Source: Candidatus Melainabacteria bacterium 17Bon1m
GTDB taxonomy: Bacteria > Cyanobacteriota > Vampirovibrionia > Obscuribacterales > Obscuribacteraceae
Direction of reading: 5' to 3'
Length of the DNA stretch: 64,000 bases
NCBI GenBank assembly: GCA_032128875.1
Contig: JAVLKG010000001.1
Span: forward strand, 320,001 to 384,000
Part shown: positions 39,387-48,468 of the stretch, piece after piece
Numbering within the stretch: position 1 is the first letter of the stretch
How the letters are laid out: each line of letters starts with the position of its first letter
Notes under the pieces: generated by a model
The model's input: the letters and a program-made list of their open reading frames with translations, nothing else
What the model was told of the DNA's origin: nothing
Databases searched by the model: none
Translations under genes and position numbers: made by a program

Positions 39387-39598
39387 GTATCCGCTAGGGC
39401 GTAGGTGCGAGTACGCGTGCGGAATGCTCTGCAGAACTCATCTACGAAATTCAAAATCCGGGGGCGCCCCGGCATTGCAAAAACTAGAACTGGGGTTGAA
39501 CGTTAATGTTCAGCCCCTTTCGTTGTTGCCAAACTGGTTTGTCGTGCCCCCATGTTTCCGAAAGGGCCGGGCAAGCCACTTTGTTTCGGAAACGTTGA

Positions 39599-39910
39599 TT
39601 AATTCAGCCTTTTGGCAGAAATTTTTCGGCTATCTTTCTGCGCAATCACTCGTGTTTTCAAGCGATCGGACCCGCCTTGCATGTGCGTTTCAAGGCTCTG
39701 AAAGCCCGCCCACCGCACTGTTTTCTCCTTCTTGAAACAGACTAGACAGGTTTCATTAAACTCAATAAACTTTTTCCTTAACCGGTCCTTAAACCGGTCG
39801 AAACGATGATGTACGTCAACTTGGCTGGTAGTAAGTTTCAAGACAGTTGGAGTTTTTTCGACAATCATGATCTGGGTATTTTCACTCGGTTTAACGCTCG
39901 CACTGGTCAT
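39599..39910 (-). CDS. Hypothetical protein
   Basis: ATG-started 103-aa ORF in an otherwise empty region; no motif recognised. Confidence 0.4.
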   Translation of the reverse strand: MTSASVKPSENTQIMIVEKTPTVLKLTTSQVDVHHRFDRFKDRLRKKFIEFNETCLVCFKKEKTVRWAGFQSLETHMQGGSDRLKTRVIAQKDSRKISAKRLN

Positions 39911-40194
39911 TTGCGTGGTCTGCGTTATGTGCCCTGAGCTTCTTGCGCCTTTCCTGGTTGATCACTGGAAGAAGTACTTCACGTACTGGCGTTAACTAAT
40001 AATTTGATCACAGGCGGCTTTTAGTCGCCTATCGAACACCTTGCAAAACGAGCATGAACAGCCGGATTTCGTGAATCCGCCTTTCTCCTCTTGACTGCAT
40101 TACAGAATAATAAGCCCAACATTGGTGCTTTTCACTTCTTCTTAACCGCCTCGATGCATATAATCGTAGGCAATGTCAAGAAGGAGGCCGAGTA

Positions 40195-40368
40195 ATGCCA
40201 GCCGCAGCATGTGGACTGTTCCTAATAGACTTCATCGCTAGACCGTTCGCCAAGATCTACGAGAAGATTCCTTTTCTGATGTTTGCTGTCCTGCTACTGC
40301 TGTACGGGACCATCACTTATTTTGTCCTCAAGAGCTCTTTTTTCAATAAAGAGTACAAGCAGTACTAA
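40195..40368 (+). CDS. Small single-TM protein (57 aa), not in the ORF track
   Basis: TATAAT at 40159, AAGGAGG SD, MPAAACGLFLIDFIARPFAKIYEKIPFLMFAVLLLLYGTITYFVLKSSFFNKEYKQY, then a terminator. Confidence 0.75.
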   Translation: MPAAACGLFLIDFIARPFAKIYEKIPFLMFAVLLLLYGTITYFVLKSSFFNKEYKQY

Positions 40369-40389
40369 GCCGCTTTAATGTACCTAAGC

Positions 40390-40419
40390 GTGGGGGCGCA
40401 TTGCATGCGCCCTTTTTTA
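40390..40419 (+). terminator. Terminator, REP-like hairpin
   Basis: GGGGGCGCATTGCATGCGCCC followed by a T-run. Confidence 0.75.
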
Positions 40420-40501
40420 TTGCCGCGCAACAAGACTATTTGCTCGTGGACAGCGCATTGCACGGGTAGAGGCGATGCACGGCGTCGACCCTGGACTAAA
40501 A

Positions 40502-40963
40502 CTACTCGCGTTCGACGCCTATAGGTTTTACGGCAAGTTTGTCGCTGTGCAGGTCCACAAGCCCCAGATACTGTTCAATGAAGTTCTTCACCTGTCCTGC
40601 CGGGACTTCGCCTTCCATCGTGTAGGTGCCGTGGTTGAGGAGCTTTCCTTCGAAGTCGTACGTTGCATAGCTGATCTTCGGATTCTTCACTGGCACGTGG
40701 TTGTAGTTCATCACGCGAATCCAGGCGACCGGACAATTGATTACCCAGAGCCCGCTAACATGCCAGTCTACGAGTTCCATATAAACGTTCTTCGACAATT
40801 CAACGTCTGTTCCCATCTCTCCGCCGCAGCTAGTCAGCAAAGTCGCGCCGCACACCATGCACGCGATTGCCAGAAAAGAAGACAGCGCAAAGGAAAGCCT
40901 CTTCGAGAGCTTACTTTCTGCTTGTATGGATCCGGAGTACATGACGCTTAATGGGGCGGGCAA
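40502..40963 (-). CDS. Hypothetical lipoprotein
   Basis: Hydrophobic leader with LLTSC lipobox; start 40942 or 40963. Confidence 0.75.
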   Translation of the reverse strand: MPAPLSVMYSGSIQAESKLSKRLSFALSSFLAIACMVCGATLLTSCGGEMGTDVELSKNVYMELVDWHVSGLWVINCPVAWIRVMNYNHVPVKNPKISYATYDFEGKLLNHGTYTMEGEVPAGQVKNFIEQYLGLVDLHSDKLAVKPIGVERE

Positions 40964-41230
40964 TTACCGAGACTTCGATTTAGTACACCACGCCTAACCA
41001 ACCCATGTTTGCGCCGATGCCCAGGAATACCATAATGGCAAAGATTACAAATAGACCTATGAATGCGGGTTCGCCGTCGGCTAACATAGACACACCTGGA
41101 AAAAGAACACGTCTTGCAACTGTATTGTATGCAAAAAAACACAGGTGGCAAGCGCAGTTAGCGTATTTCCCGCATTCTTGTTGAAATCTTTATTTCAGCA
41201 GCGACAAAAATGGCAAAAAGGCGATAAATC

Positions 41231-42457
41231 GTGGACAAAAACGAGATTCTGTTAACGAAACCGGAGATTGGCGAATTGAACAAAACCCTTGTTGCCAGCG
41301 AGTTTCCATACGGTGCTCCTGGGAATACGGAATTTCCGCTGTATTTAAACACCGGAAGCTGTGGTCGCAAGCCTGTATCGGTGATTGCCGCGCTTGAGGA
41401 AGGTTGGCGCAAGCTCAATCAAAATCCGACACTGACTACGTTTTTTGAAACAGAGCAGCGCGAAGACGCACGCACTATGGCGGCGGAGATGTTTGGCGTA
41501 GAGCGCGATTTACTCATGCTGACCGAAAGCACGACGGAAGGTCTGCAACTGATGATGCAGACTTACCTCCTTAAGGAAGGTGATGAATTGGTCACCACCG
41601 ATCACGAGCATGGTTGTTTGAACACGATAGCTCGTCATCTGGAAGAAACTCGTGGCATCGTTGTGCGCAGGCATAAGGTCGAGCCAGAATTGGGTAGCCA
41701 TCATCATTGCCAGAGTATTGAGAAGTTGGTGACACCAAGAACAAAGCTCGTGGCGGTAAGCGAGATTGACTGCTTTACAGGTTGGAGACCCAATCTCGAT
41801 ACACTAATCGCTGAGTGCCATCTTTCAGGTATGCCACTATTGATTGATGGTGCGCATGCTCCGGGTCAAGGTCCGGTAGATGTATCCCGTTACCACAGCT
41901 GGGTTTCGTCAGCACATAAATGGTTGGGTTCTCCAAATGGAATCGGTTTTGCTTACTTCGACCGCAAGATTTTGGAAGATTTGAAACCAGTTTGGGTTGG
42001 ACACAAGTATTTTGAAACGCGCGCAGCTAGCTCATCTCCTGTATGGGCATTGGAATGCCGAGGAACAGAAGACTCCGTGAAATTTATGGGATTGCAAGCT
42101 GCGCTAAAACTTCAAAAACAGCTAGGGGAGCGGAATATTGCCGCACGTCAAATGGAACTTATGCGTTTTGCTCGCGACCTGATCGCTGAAAAACTCAATC
42201 CGAAATTCTTGTTGCCATCGCCTGACAAAATGCCTGCCAACGAGCTCAGTGCCTTGCTTGCATTCGACTTCGAGCCGTCGAGATTGCTTGTCGATGATCT
42301 CGTGCAGGCACTTTGGCAGAAAGACAAAATTTGGATTCAACCGGATTATTTGTTGCAGACACCTGGACACGGCGTGCGTATTTCATGCCATTACTCACTT
42401 GGAGAAGCTGATATTGAACGCTTCGTGAAGGCGTTATCTGCTTTTGTTAAACCGTAG
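41231..42457 (+). CDS. Class V PLP-dependent aminotransferase-fold enzyme
   Basis: YLNTG, TTDHEH, DGAHAPG, SAHKWLGSPNG, VRISCH. Confidence 0.92.
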   Translation: MDKNEILLTKPEIGELNKTLVASEFPYGAPGNTEFPLYLNTGSCGRKPVSVIAALEEGWRKLNQNPTLTTFFETEQREDARTMAAEMFGVERDLLMLTESTTEGLQLMMQTYLLKEGDELVTTDHEHGCLNTIARHLEETRGIVVRRHKVEPELGSHHHCQSIEKLVTPRTKLVAVSEIDCFTGWRPNLDTLIAECHLSGMPLLIDGAHAPGQGPVDVSRYHSWVSSAHKWLGSPNGIGFAYFDRKILEDLKPVWVGHKYFETRAASSSPVWALECRGTEDSVKFMGLQAALKLQKQLGERNIAARQMELMRFARDLIAEKLNPKFLLPSPDKMPANELSALLAFDFEPSRLLVDDLVQALWQKDKIWIQPDYLLQTPGHGVRISCHYSLGEADIERFVKALSAFVKP

Positions 42458-42462
42458 GGGCG

Positions 42463-43467
42463 ATGGCAGATTTCGTCCCACATCCGTTTCTTTTATCGCC
42501 GCATTTGATGACAATCGTGCCGACATTTATTCCGCGCGCGCGACACCCAAAACATTTGCCTGGCGGTGAAAAATGCATAATCGAGGTGGCGAGCGGTTCT
42601 TCCGTGCTCACTTATGTTCATCTTCAACCTGATCACAAGAGTCGACCGACACTTCTAATTGTGCATGGGCTAGAAGGCTCCAGCGAATCGTCGCAAGTTC
42701 AAGGACTCGGCATAAAGGCGATGAGTCAGAACATGAATGTCGTGCGGATGAACCTGCGCAATTGTGGTGGCACGCTGCACCTCAGCAACACGCTCTATAA
42801 CGGTGGCATGAGTGCTGATGTAATCGCGGTTACGCGACATTTGCAAAAAGCGTATGACCTGAAAGAGATCTTTGTCGCTGGTTTTTCCCTTGGTGGCAAC
42901 ATTATTCTCAAAGCTGCGGGCGAACTTGGCGAAGACGCCTTCGGACTATTCGCTGGCATCTGTGCAATTTCTCCGTCAATCGATTTGCACGCCAGCGTCG
43001 AATCGTTGAACAGAGGTATCAACAAGATATACGAACTGCACTTCTTGCGCGGATTGACGAGCAAGATCCGCCAGAAAAGCGTTTTGTTTCCCGACCGATT
43101 TGACGTGGAAAAACTCAGGTTGGTAAAAACTATCAAAGATTTTGACGATATTTTCACTGCGCCAGACGGTGGTTATGGCGACGCTGACAACTACTATTCG
43201 AAGGCTAGTTCAATCAACTTCATCGAGCAGATCTGCGTGCCCACGCTGATTATCGCTTCCAAGGATGATCCGATCGTCCCCTTCGATTCGTTTCTTTCTG
43301 ACAAATTAAAGACACCATATGTAACGCTGCTGGCACCGGAATGGGGCGGACACAGTGGCTTCCTCGGTGCGCGAAGCGAGGCTACAGGGCGCGATCGCAG
43401 CGACAGGTTCTGGGCTGAGCACAGGGTTGTAGCGTTTTGTCTCTGTAAAAATACTGAAGGTGCCTAA
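42463..43467 (+). CDS. YheT-like alpha/beta hydrolase
   Basis: VHGLEGSS, NLRNCG, GFSLGGN, DDPIVP, GGHSGF. Confidence 0.92.
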   Translation: MADFVPHPFLLSPHLMTIVPTFIPRARHPKHLPGGEKCIIEVASGSSVLTYVHLQPDHKSRPTLLIVHGLEGSSESSQVQGLGIKAMSQNMNVVRMNLRNCGGTLHLSNTLYNGGMSADVIAVTRHLQKAYDLKEIFVAGFSLGGNIILKAAGELGEDAFGLFAGICAISPSIDLHASVESLNRGINKIYELHFLRGLTSKIRQKSVLFPDRFDVEKLRLVKTIKDFDDIFTAPDGGYGDADNYYSKASSINFIEQICVPTLIIASKDDPIVPFDSFLSDKLKTPYVTLLAPEWGGHSGFLGARSEATGRDRSDRFWAEHRVVAFCLCKNTEGA

Positions 43468-43670
43468 TAGGCAAAATCTGGTAACATCCCACCTGTAGCC
43501 CGTGTATCCGTTCGATGCAAAGTGAAATTCGAAGGTCTGACTGACGAAGCTCAAAACCAAACGCATGTAACGGCTTAGAGACTTACTAGTTTTATTCCAC
43601 ACAAAGTGTGGAAGAATTCAAGAGATATACCGGGGCAAAAATGACAGGGAATCTGATTGGAGGATTAACC

Positions 43671-44069
43671 GTGAAGAATTTGAAAGCCTTTGCGCTCTCA
43701 GCAGTCATGGCAGCTGGTTTGGTTACACCGGCACTCGCTTCTGACGAAGGCGTAGAAAAAGTAGTTGATGGCTCGCTCATCGTGACCCGTATGGGTGGTT
43801 TGGGCGCAGGCATGGTAATCGGCACCCCGGTTGCTGTGACCCGTCAAGTCGTCAAGTCCTACAAGGATATGACCGAAAAGGCTGCTGACAAAGTCGGCGG
43901 ACATGAATTCGGACCGTCCTGCGCTCTCGTTAGCTTTGTCACCGTTCCTGCCGCATTGGTATACGGCGGAGCAACCGGTGTGTTCTACGGCAGCAAGAAC
44001 GCATTCGTTCATGGCTTCAACGAGCCCTTCCACCCGGATTCCTTCAGCGTTGGCAAGTTGGAAGACTAG
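43671..44069 (+). CDS. Secreted or membrane hypothetical protein
   Basis: GTG after GGAGG; signal peptide ending PALA; terminator at about 44105. Confidence 0.8.
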   Translation: MKNLKAFALSAVMAAGLVTPALASDEGVEKVVDGSLIVTRMGGLGAGMVIGTPVAVTRQVVKSYKDMTEKAADKVGGHEFGPSCALVSFVTVPAALVYGGATGVFYGSKNAFVHGFNEPFHPDSFSVGKLED

Positions 44070-44152
44070 TCACTGAAGCGGCTTCGCTAAGAAGAATCAT
44101 TGTTAGGACCGGGGGCGACTCCGGTCCTTTCGTTTGTTTTGAATTGCTGGAA

Positions 44153-44258
44153 GCATCGGTAGCTTGCCTTGGGAGAGTCTGGAGCTAGCCTGGCAGCGTC
44201 GGGAGCTTGCCTTGCGAGCGTCGGGAGCTAGCCTTGGGAGCGCCGGCGGCTCGCCGGC
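44153..44258. repeat. Degenerate 21-22-bp tandem repeats ending in a palindromic GGGAG-type element
   Basis: About 4 units resembling GCGTCGGGAGCT(A/T)GCCTTGGGA; final TGGGAGCGCCGGCGGCTCGCCGGC. Confidence 0.75.
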
Positions 44259-44503
44259 ATCGAACGCATCGATCGCGGCCCTTTGACGCAACGACGTCGC
44301 CGTAGAAACGCATTATACTGATAGCTACATCTGGAAAACTCGCCAAGCGGCGCAGACGCTGGCAATGGGCAGCTCTATGAGATGTATTGCAACTGCTAAT
44401 TAAGCAGTCCGTAAACGTAAAAAAGCGTCGTGTAAAACTGCACTTGTGTAAACTTCAACAAATTCGAAAAGTGCATTTGTGTAAAAAGTGAGAGCAAAGA
44501 GAA

Positions 44504-44866
44504 ATGAGTGAAGGCGACAAAAACAAAGATTTGAATATCTGGTTGGCTCGCGTCAAACAAGCAAAGACGCGTAAAGAAACTTTCCGCATTCTCGACGAGT
44601 TCAGAAAGCAAGAATGGACTGATGTCCAATGTCAGACTATGTCGCATTTGTATATTCGCTTGATTGATTTGATGCCGCCCGAAGAGGATGATACGCCTGT
44701 TGAAGTCACATCCGTAGCGGTTGCTGATGACACCGCATCTGGTGCCGCTGCACCGGCTGCCGCGGCAACTGCTGGCGCTACTGCCGCTGGTCCCGAAGGC
44801 GAAGCAAGTGGCGAGCCGAAGAAAGCCATAGTCAATGAAGGACCCGTCTGGTACGAGAAGATGTAG
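44504..44866 (+). CDS. Hypothetical protein with Ala-rich linker
   Basis: ATG-started ORF with a helical N-terminus and PVWYEKM tail. Confidence 0.75.
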   Translation: MSEGDKNKDLNIWLARVKQAKTRKETFRILDEFRKQEWTDVQCQTMSHLYIRLIDLMPPEEDDTPVEVTSVAVADDTASGAAAPAAAATAGATAAGPEGEASGEPKKAIVNEGPVWYEKM

Positions 44867-44945
44867 GACGTTGGCAGCTTGCGTTCGCAAGTGTGTGGCT
44901 ATGCCACGTGTCGCCCGGTTGAAAAGGAAACGATATTTAGGCACT

Positions 44946-45072
44946 GTAGGGGCATGCGATGGAACGCCCGGTGAAGGGAAAAGACATTAGAAACTGTAGG
45001 GGCGATGCGATGGATCGCCCGGTGAAAAGGGAAACGACATTAGAAACTGTAGGGGCGGCATTCATGCCGCCC
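44946..45072 (+). repeat. Three tandem GTAG-type REP elements
   Basis: GTAGGGGC...GCCC palindromes at 44946, 44996 and 45049 with conserved GGGAAA..GACATTAGAAACT linkers. Confidence 0.85.
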
Positions 45073-45091
45073 GCCGACAAAGTAAGAGGCA

Positions 45092-45715
45092 ATGGCTAAG
45101 AAGAAGAGTTTAGCAAAGAGTGAATCGGCACCAACTGAAACTAAAGTTGGTGATGCTTCTAGCGCGAGCGCTCCTATTTCCCCTGGTCAACCCGTTGCCT
45201 CCTCCTGTATGGAAGCGGCGACGACACCATGTACAAGTATCGCTGATGTTGTAGACAATGCAGAAATCAACGAAATGTGCTCGGAGCTTGTTGCAACACC
45301 TTGCACTGATGAAGAACCGGCAATGGAACTGACCACTAGTTCTTCTGGGGAAGTTCAACAAACAGAAGGCGGAGTCACCGATCTGGTGGCGCAGCAATTG
45401 CGTCAAATGCTCGAAGAAGGTGGCGGCGGTACGCCGACTTGTGCGACTGCTGGGTCATTTACCGGCACGCACACAATGAACTTGAACGTCAAAGCCGGCG
45501 CAGTCGATATGAACTTGTCCACCGTAACCGAGGCGAATCAGGAACTCATCGAACTGAAAACACAGATTGAATTGCAGAAGCGACTTTTAGCAGACGCGCA
45601 AGATCGTCTCGATGTTGCAAATCAGCGTATCGGATTTTTGGAGTCAGAACTCGCGCGCAGAGATAGAGAAAAACAGGAAAACAGCGGCTGGCTCAAGTCA
45701 CTTTTCGGTATTTAG
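45092..45715 (+). CDS. Hypothetical protein, disordered N-terminus plus coiled coil
   Basis: GAGG SD; C-terminal coiled coil ending in amphipathic GWLKSLFGI. Confidence 0.75.
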   Translation: MAKKKSLAKSESAPTETKVGDASSASAPISPGQPVASSCMEAATTPCTSIADVVDNAEINEMCSELVATPCTDEEPAMELTTSSSGEVQQTEGGVTDLVAQQLRQMLEEGGGGTPTCATAGSFTGTHTMNLNVKAGAVDMNLSTVTEANQELIELKTQIELQKRLLADAQDRLDVANQRIGFLESELARRDREKQENSGWLKSLFGI

Positions 45716-45755
45716 GTTTTGTCTATTAGATAGCAATTGACTGGGGGTAAATCGA

Positions 45756-46064
45756 TTGGATTACGTAAACGATCAAGAACGCATCAAAGAACTGGAAGAA
45801 ATCTACGGAGAAAATGCTCCAGCCGTGCTGGCGTTTACTAAGTTGGAAGATCTTTTCCATCAAATGGTTACTCTAAAAGATCACAGCACGACTGCAGATC
45901 CCAGAGTTGTTGGTGAGCAGGTCTGGATGGCATATGAATTTCTCTCGCACTACTTGGCGAAAATTGACGCAGAGTACGCGGACGAATACAAAGTCAATGA
46001 GTCATTCTTGAGCTCTCTCGAAATCGGCAAAGCAAAAGAAGCAGTAGGTAGCAGACGCAAATAG
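45756..46064 (+). CDS. Hypothetical protein
   Basis: TTG after GGGGG; protein-like composition. Confidence 0.65.
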   Translation: MDYVNDQERIKELEEIYGENAPAVLAFTKLEDLFHQMVTLKDHSTTADPRVVGEQVWMAYEFLSHYLAKIDAEYADEYKVNESFLSSLEIGKAKEAVGSRRK

Positions 46065-46074
46065 TTCGATAAAT

Positions 46075-47331
46075 CTATTTCGCCATCACCGCGGCGAGAC
46101 CTTCACTAAAACTGTTTCCCCAGGGCGAATTTGTCTTCACCGCTTCGTTGCCTTGCATATCTAGATAGACGGTTCCGTTATCTGAAAAAGCTCGGGCCAG
46201 CCCATCGCAATATGCCGCGATATGATTATATTTGGGTTTCAAAATCCAGTTGCCTTTATTGTCGATAATTCCGTTCGACGCGTGGTAATTGCCCATCACG
46301 TCTAGTTCTGTCTTGCTCACAATCGCGCGTCCGCTGTGGAAGTTTCCTGCAAGATTGTTTCCGCTGATTTCAAATGCAGGCTGAATTACGGTTGCTCCGG
46401 TCTTGTCTATGTAACCGTATTTGGTGCCTTGCGAACCAAGGGAGCCCTCACCCCATTTCATCGCAACTGCACCAAGTCCTTCACTGAAGACGCGCGCATC
46501 GACGAACTCTTTCTTTGTTAGTCGCTCGCCTTTTGAGTTTAGGTAATACAACTTGCGAGTTGCATCGTACTTGCCGTTTGTTGCGAGAAACACTTTGTCG
46601 GAATAATCCAAGCATCGCTCATCGGTTTTGAGGATCGGATTGCCTGTTTTATCAATGAAGGTAGAACCAGGTAATTTGCGCATATCCTCGGCTGTTTCAA
46701 CTTTTGCTACGCCATCTTGGAACGCAGCAGCAGAAGCAAACTTAGGTTCTATGACAAACTTTCCACTATGATCTATGTAGCCTTCTTTACCATCTTTTCT
46801 GGCGACTGCTAAACCGTCGCTGAATCCGAATTTCTCGATCAGTGCCGCTGAAAAATCCCAGTCTGGATTATCGCTTCGTGCGTTGTTCGAATGTTCGTAG
46901 GCGTCAAACTGCAATGGCACAGCAAGCTTGCCTGTTTTGTCTACGTAACCGCATTTTGCTCCAAGCCTCACGCATCCAACACCTTCTGAGAAGGTACCTG
47001 CGTTGTCGTATTTTGCTTCGATGACAAACTTACCTGTCTTGTCTATGTAGCCCCATTTGTTGCCTACCCTGACTGCGCAGAGCCCTTCACTGAAGTTCTT
47101 AAACATCCTATGAGAGTACGGAAAACATCCACCATATTGATCACGCAGAACATCATCGAATTGTGGTTCGATAACCATCTTCCCGGTCTTGTCGATGAAG
47201 CCCCACTTCTTGTGAGGCATAGCTTCGAACATCTCCTTGCAGCTCACCAGCTGGAACGCTATAAGTGCCAGCATGCCAATTTTGAGCAGGTGTTTGTACG
47301 ATTTTGATTGTTTGAGAAACACGTTTGGCAA
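46075..47331 (-). CDS. WG-repeat lipoprotein
   Basis: LVSC lipobox; repeated FSEGL.AV...KWGYIDKTG..VI.P.F. Confidence 0.92.
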   Translation of the reverse strand: MPNVFLKQSKSYKHLLKIGMLALIAFQLVSCKEMFEAMPHKKWGFIDKTGKMVIEPQFDDVLRDQYGGCFPYSHRMFKNFSEGLCAVRVGNKWGYIDKTGKFVIEAKYDNAGTFSEGVGCVRLGAKCGYVDKTGKLAVPLQFDAYEHSNNARSDNPDWDFSAALIEKFGFSDGLAVARKDGKEGYIDHSGKFVIEPKFASAAAFQDGVAKVETAEDMRKLPGSTFIDKTGNPILKTDERCLDYSDKVFLATNGKYDATRKLYYLNSKGERLTKKEFVDARVFSEGLGAVAMKWGEGSLGSQGTKYGYIDKTGATVIQPAFEISGNNLAGNFHSGRAIVSKTELDVMGNYHASNGIIDNKGNWILKPKYNHIAAYCDGLARAFSDNGTVYLDMQGNEAVKTNSPWGNSFSEGLAAVMAK

Positions 47332-47529
47332 AGTCCGTTAATAAGCTATTTTGATTCTGCCCGCTAACTTGTCATTTCCTTCTGGTAAATCGCTGCACGC
47401 CTACAGAATTTTAGCCGGGAAACTGCCGCAGGTGCTGCGTTTTGATACTTTATCTTCGAAAAGCCGGCATATTAGGCACATTCTTTGGGTTTTAACGTCA
47501 TTCGATCTTTACGATACGAGGGTTCGACT

Positions 47530-47715
47530 ATGGATGTTGACGAACTAAAGATGCGTGTTTCAAAAGAAGTTGCCGACATAATGCTTGAGATATCGAGACT
47601 CTACAATTCACAAGGCAAAATTGAACTCGCAACTCTTGCGCAGAAGCTTGCTGCCAAGCACTTGCAACGGTACGCTGCTTATACGAATCGATTACGGGCA
47701 CGCGCAGTCGGTTAA
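47530..47715 (+). CDS. Small hypothetical helical protein
   Basis: GAGGG SD before ATG 47530. Confidence 0.5.
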   Translation: MDVDELKMRVSKEVADIMLEISRLYNSQGKIELATLAQKLAAKHLQRYAAYTNRLRARAVG

Positions 47716-47746
47716 TCTGGGGCACGGCGAGTTGCTTTGCCAGTTT

Positions 47747-48103
47747 CTATTTTGTTCGTTTCTTTGGCACCTTCTTCTGACCAGCAGCATAGCGACTTGC
47801 TCTCTCCCGAACAATGGGCTTGCTACTCAATTCAAGCTCACTTTCAATCACGGACAACCGCGCTTGAATTTCTTCGATATCTCTTATGCTAATTGAGTTT
47901 TTCCTCGAAGGTCGGCTAATTTCGATTCCTAGGCGTTCGATTACCCAGTCGCGTACCATTACTGTCACTCGAACATTCCTCTTTTCTGCCAGCGCATAGA
48001 GCTTTTCCTGTTCATCTGAGGGGAGGCGGAAGGTCATGACCTCACTCTTTATGAGTTCTTGCTTGGCTGCGTCTCGACCGGCTTGTAATTCTTTACTCTT
48101 CAT
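47747..48103 (-). CDS. Putative ribbon-helix-helix antitoxin
   Basis: VMTFRLP...EKLYALAEKR...VRDWVIERL; overlaps the toxin stop. Confidence 0.75.
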   Translation of the reverse strand: MKSKELQAGRDAAKQELIKSEVMTFRLPSDEQEKLYALAEKRNVRVTVMVRDWVIERLGIEISRPSRKNSISIRDIEEIQARLSVIESELELSSKPIVRERASRYAAGQKKVPKKRTK

Positions 48104-48368
48104 ATCCGACTAGCCTCATAGTGGCATCGCGCGCTTTCATTGCGTGGTAGATGTGGTGATGTTCGTCCGAGAAAATCTCAATTCCAATCTCAATTGGAAA
48201 CTTCCGATTTGGTGACCGGCCTACTATAAGAAACCTCTTGTTTCCCCTTTCACTTAGTCCATTTGGAGCGTCTTCGTTAAAAGGATCTGCATAAACTTCT
48301 AAGCAGTCCCTGTCAGAAATTCTGTGCTTCTTCAGGTTTTCTCTGTCAAACGTGAATTTCACAGCCAT
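48093..48368 (-). CDS. BrnT-like type II toxin
   Basis: FTFDRENLKKHRIS...EVYADP...KRFLIVGRS...HAMKA. Confidence 0.72.
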   Translation of the reverse strand: MAVKFTFDRENLKKHRISDRDCLEVYADPFNEDAPNGLSERGNKRFLIVGRSPNRKFPIEIGIEIFSDEHHHIYHAMKARDATMRLVGYEE

Positions 48369-48468
48369 TCACCATTATACAGTGTATTACGAATGTATTA
48401 CATGTTGTCAGTGCAAGTTGCGTTTGGGAGGCAAGCTGAATTTGTAAAAGCGCAAATAGACTTAAACT

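Noticed and set aside
40475-40951. 158-aa plus-strand ORF
   Set aside because: Antisense to the lipobox-containing gene, which is the better call
44946-45072. Mini-CRISPR
   Set aside because: Linkers are conserved and the repeats vary, which fits REP elements
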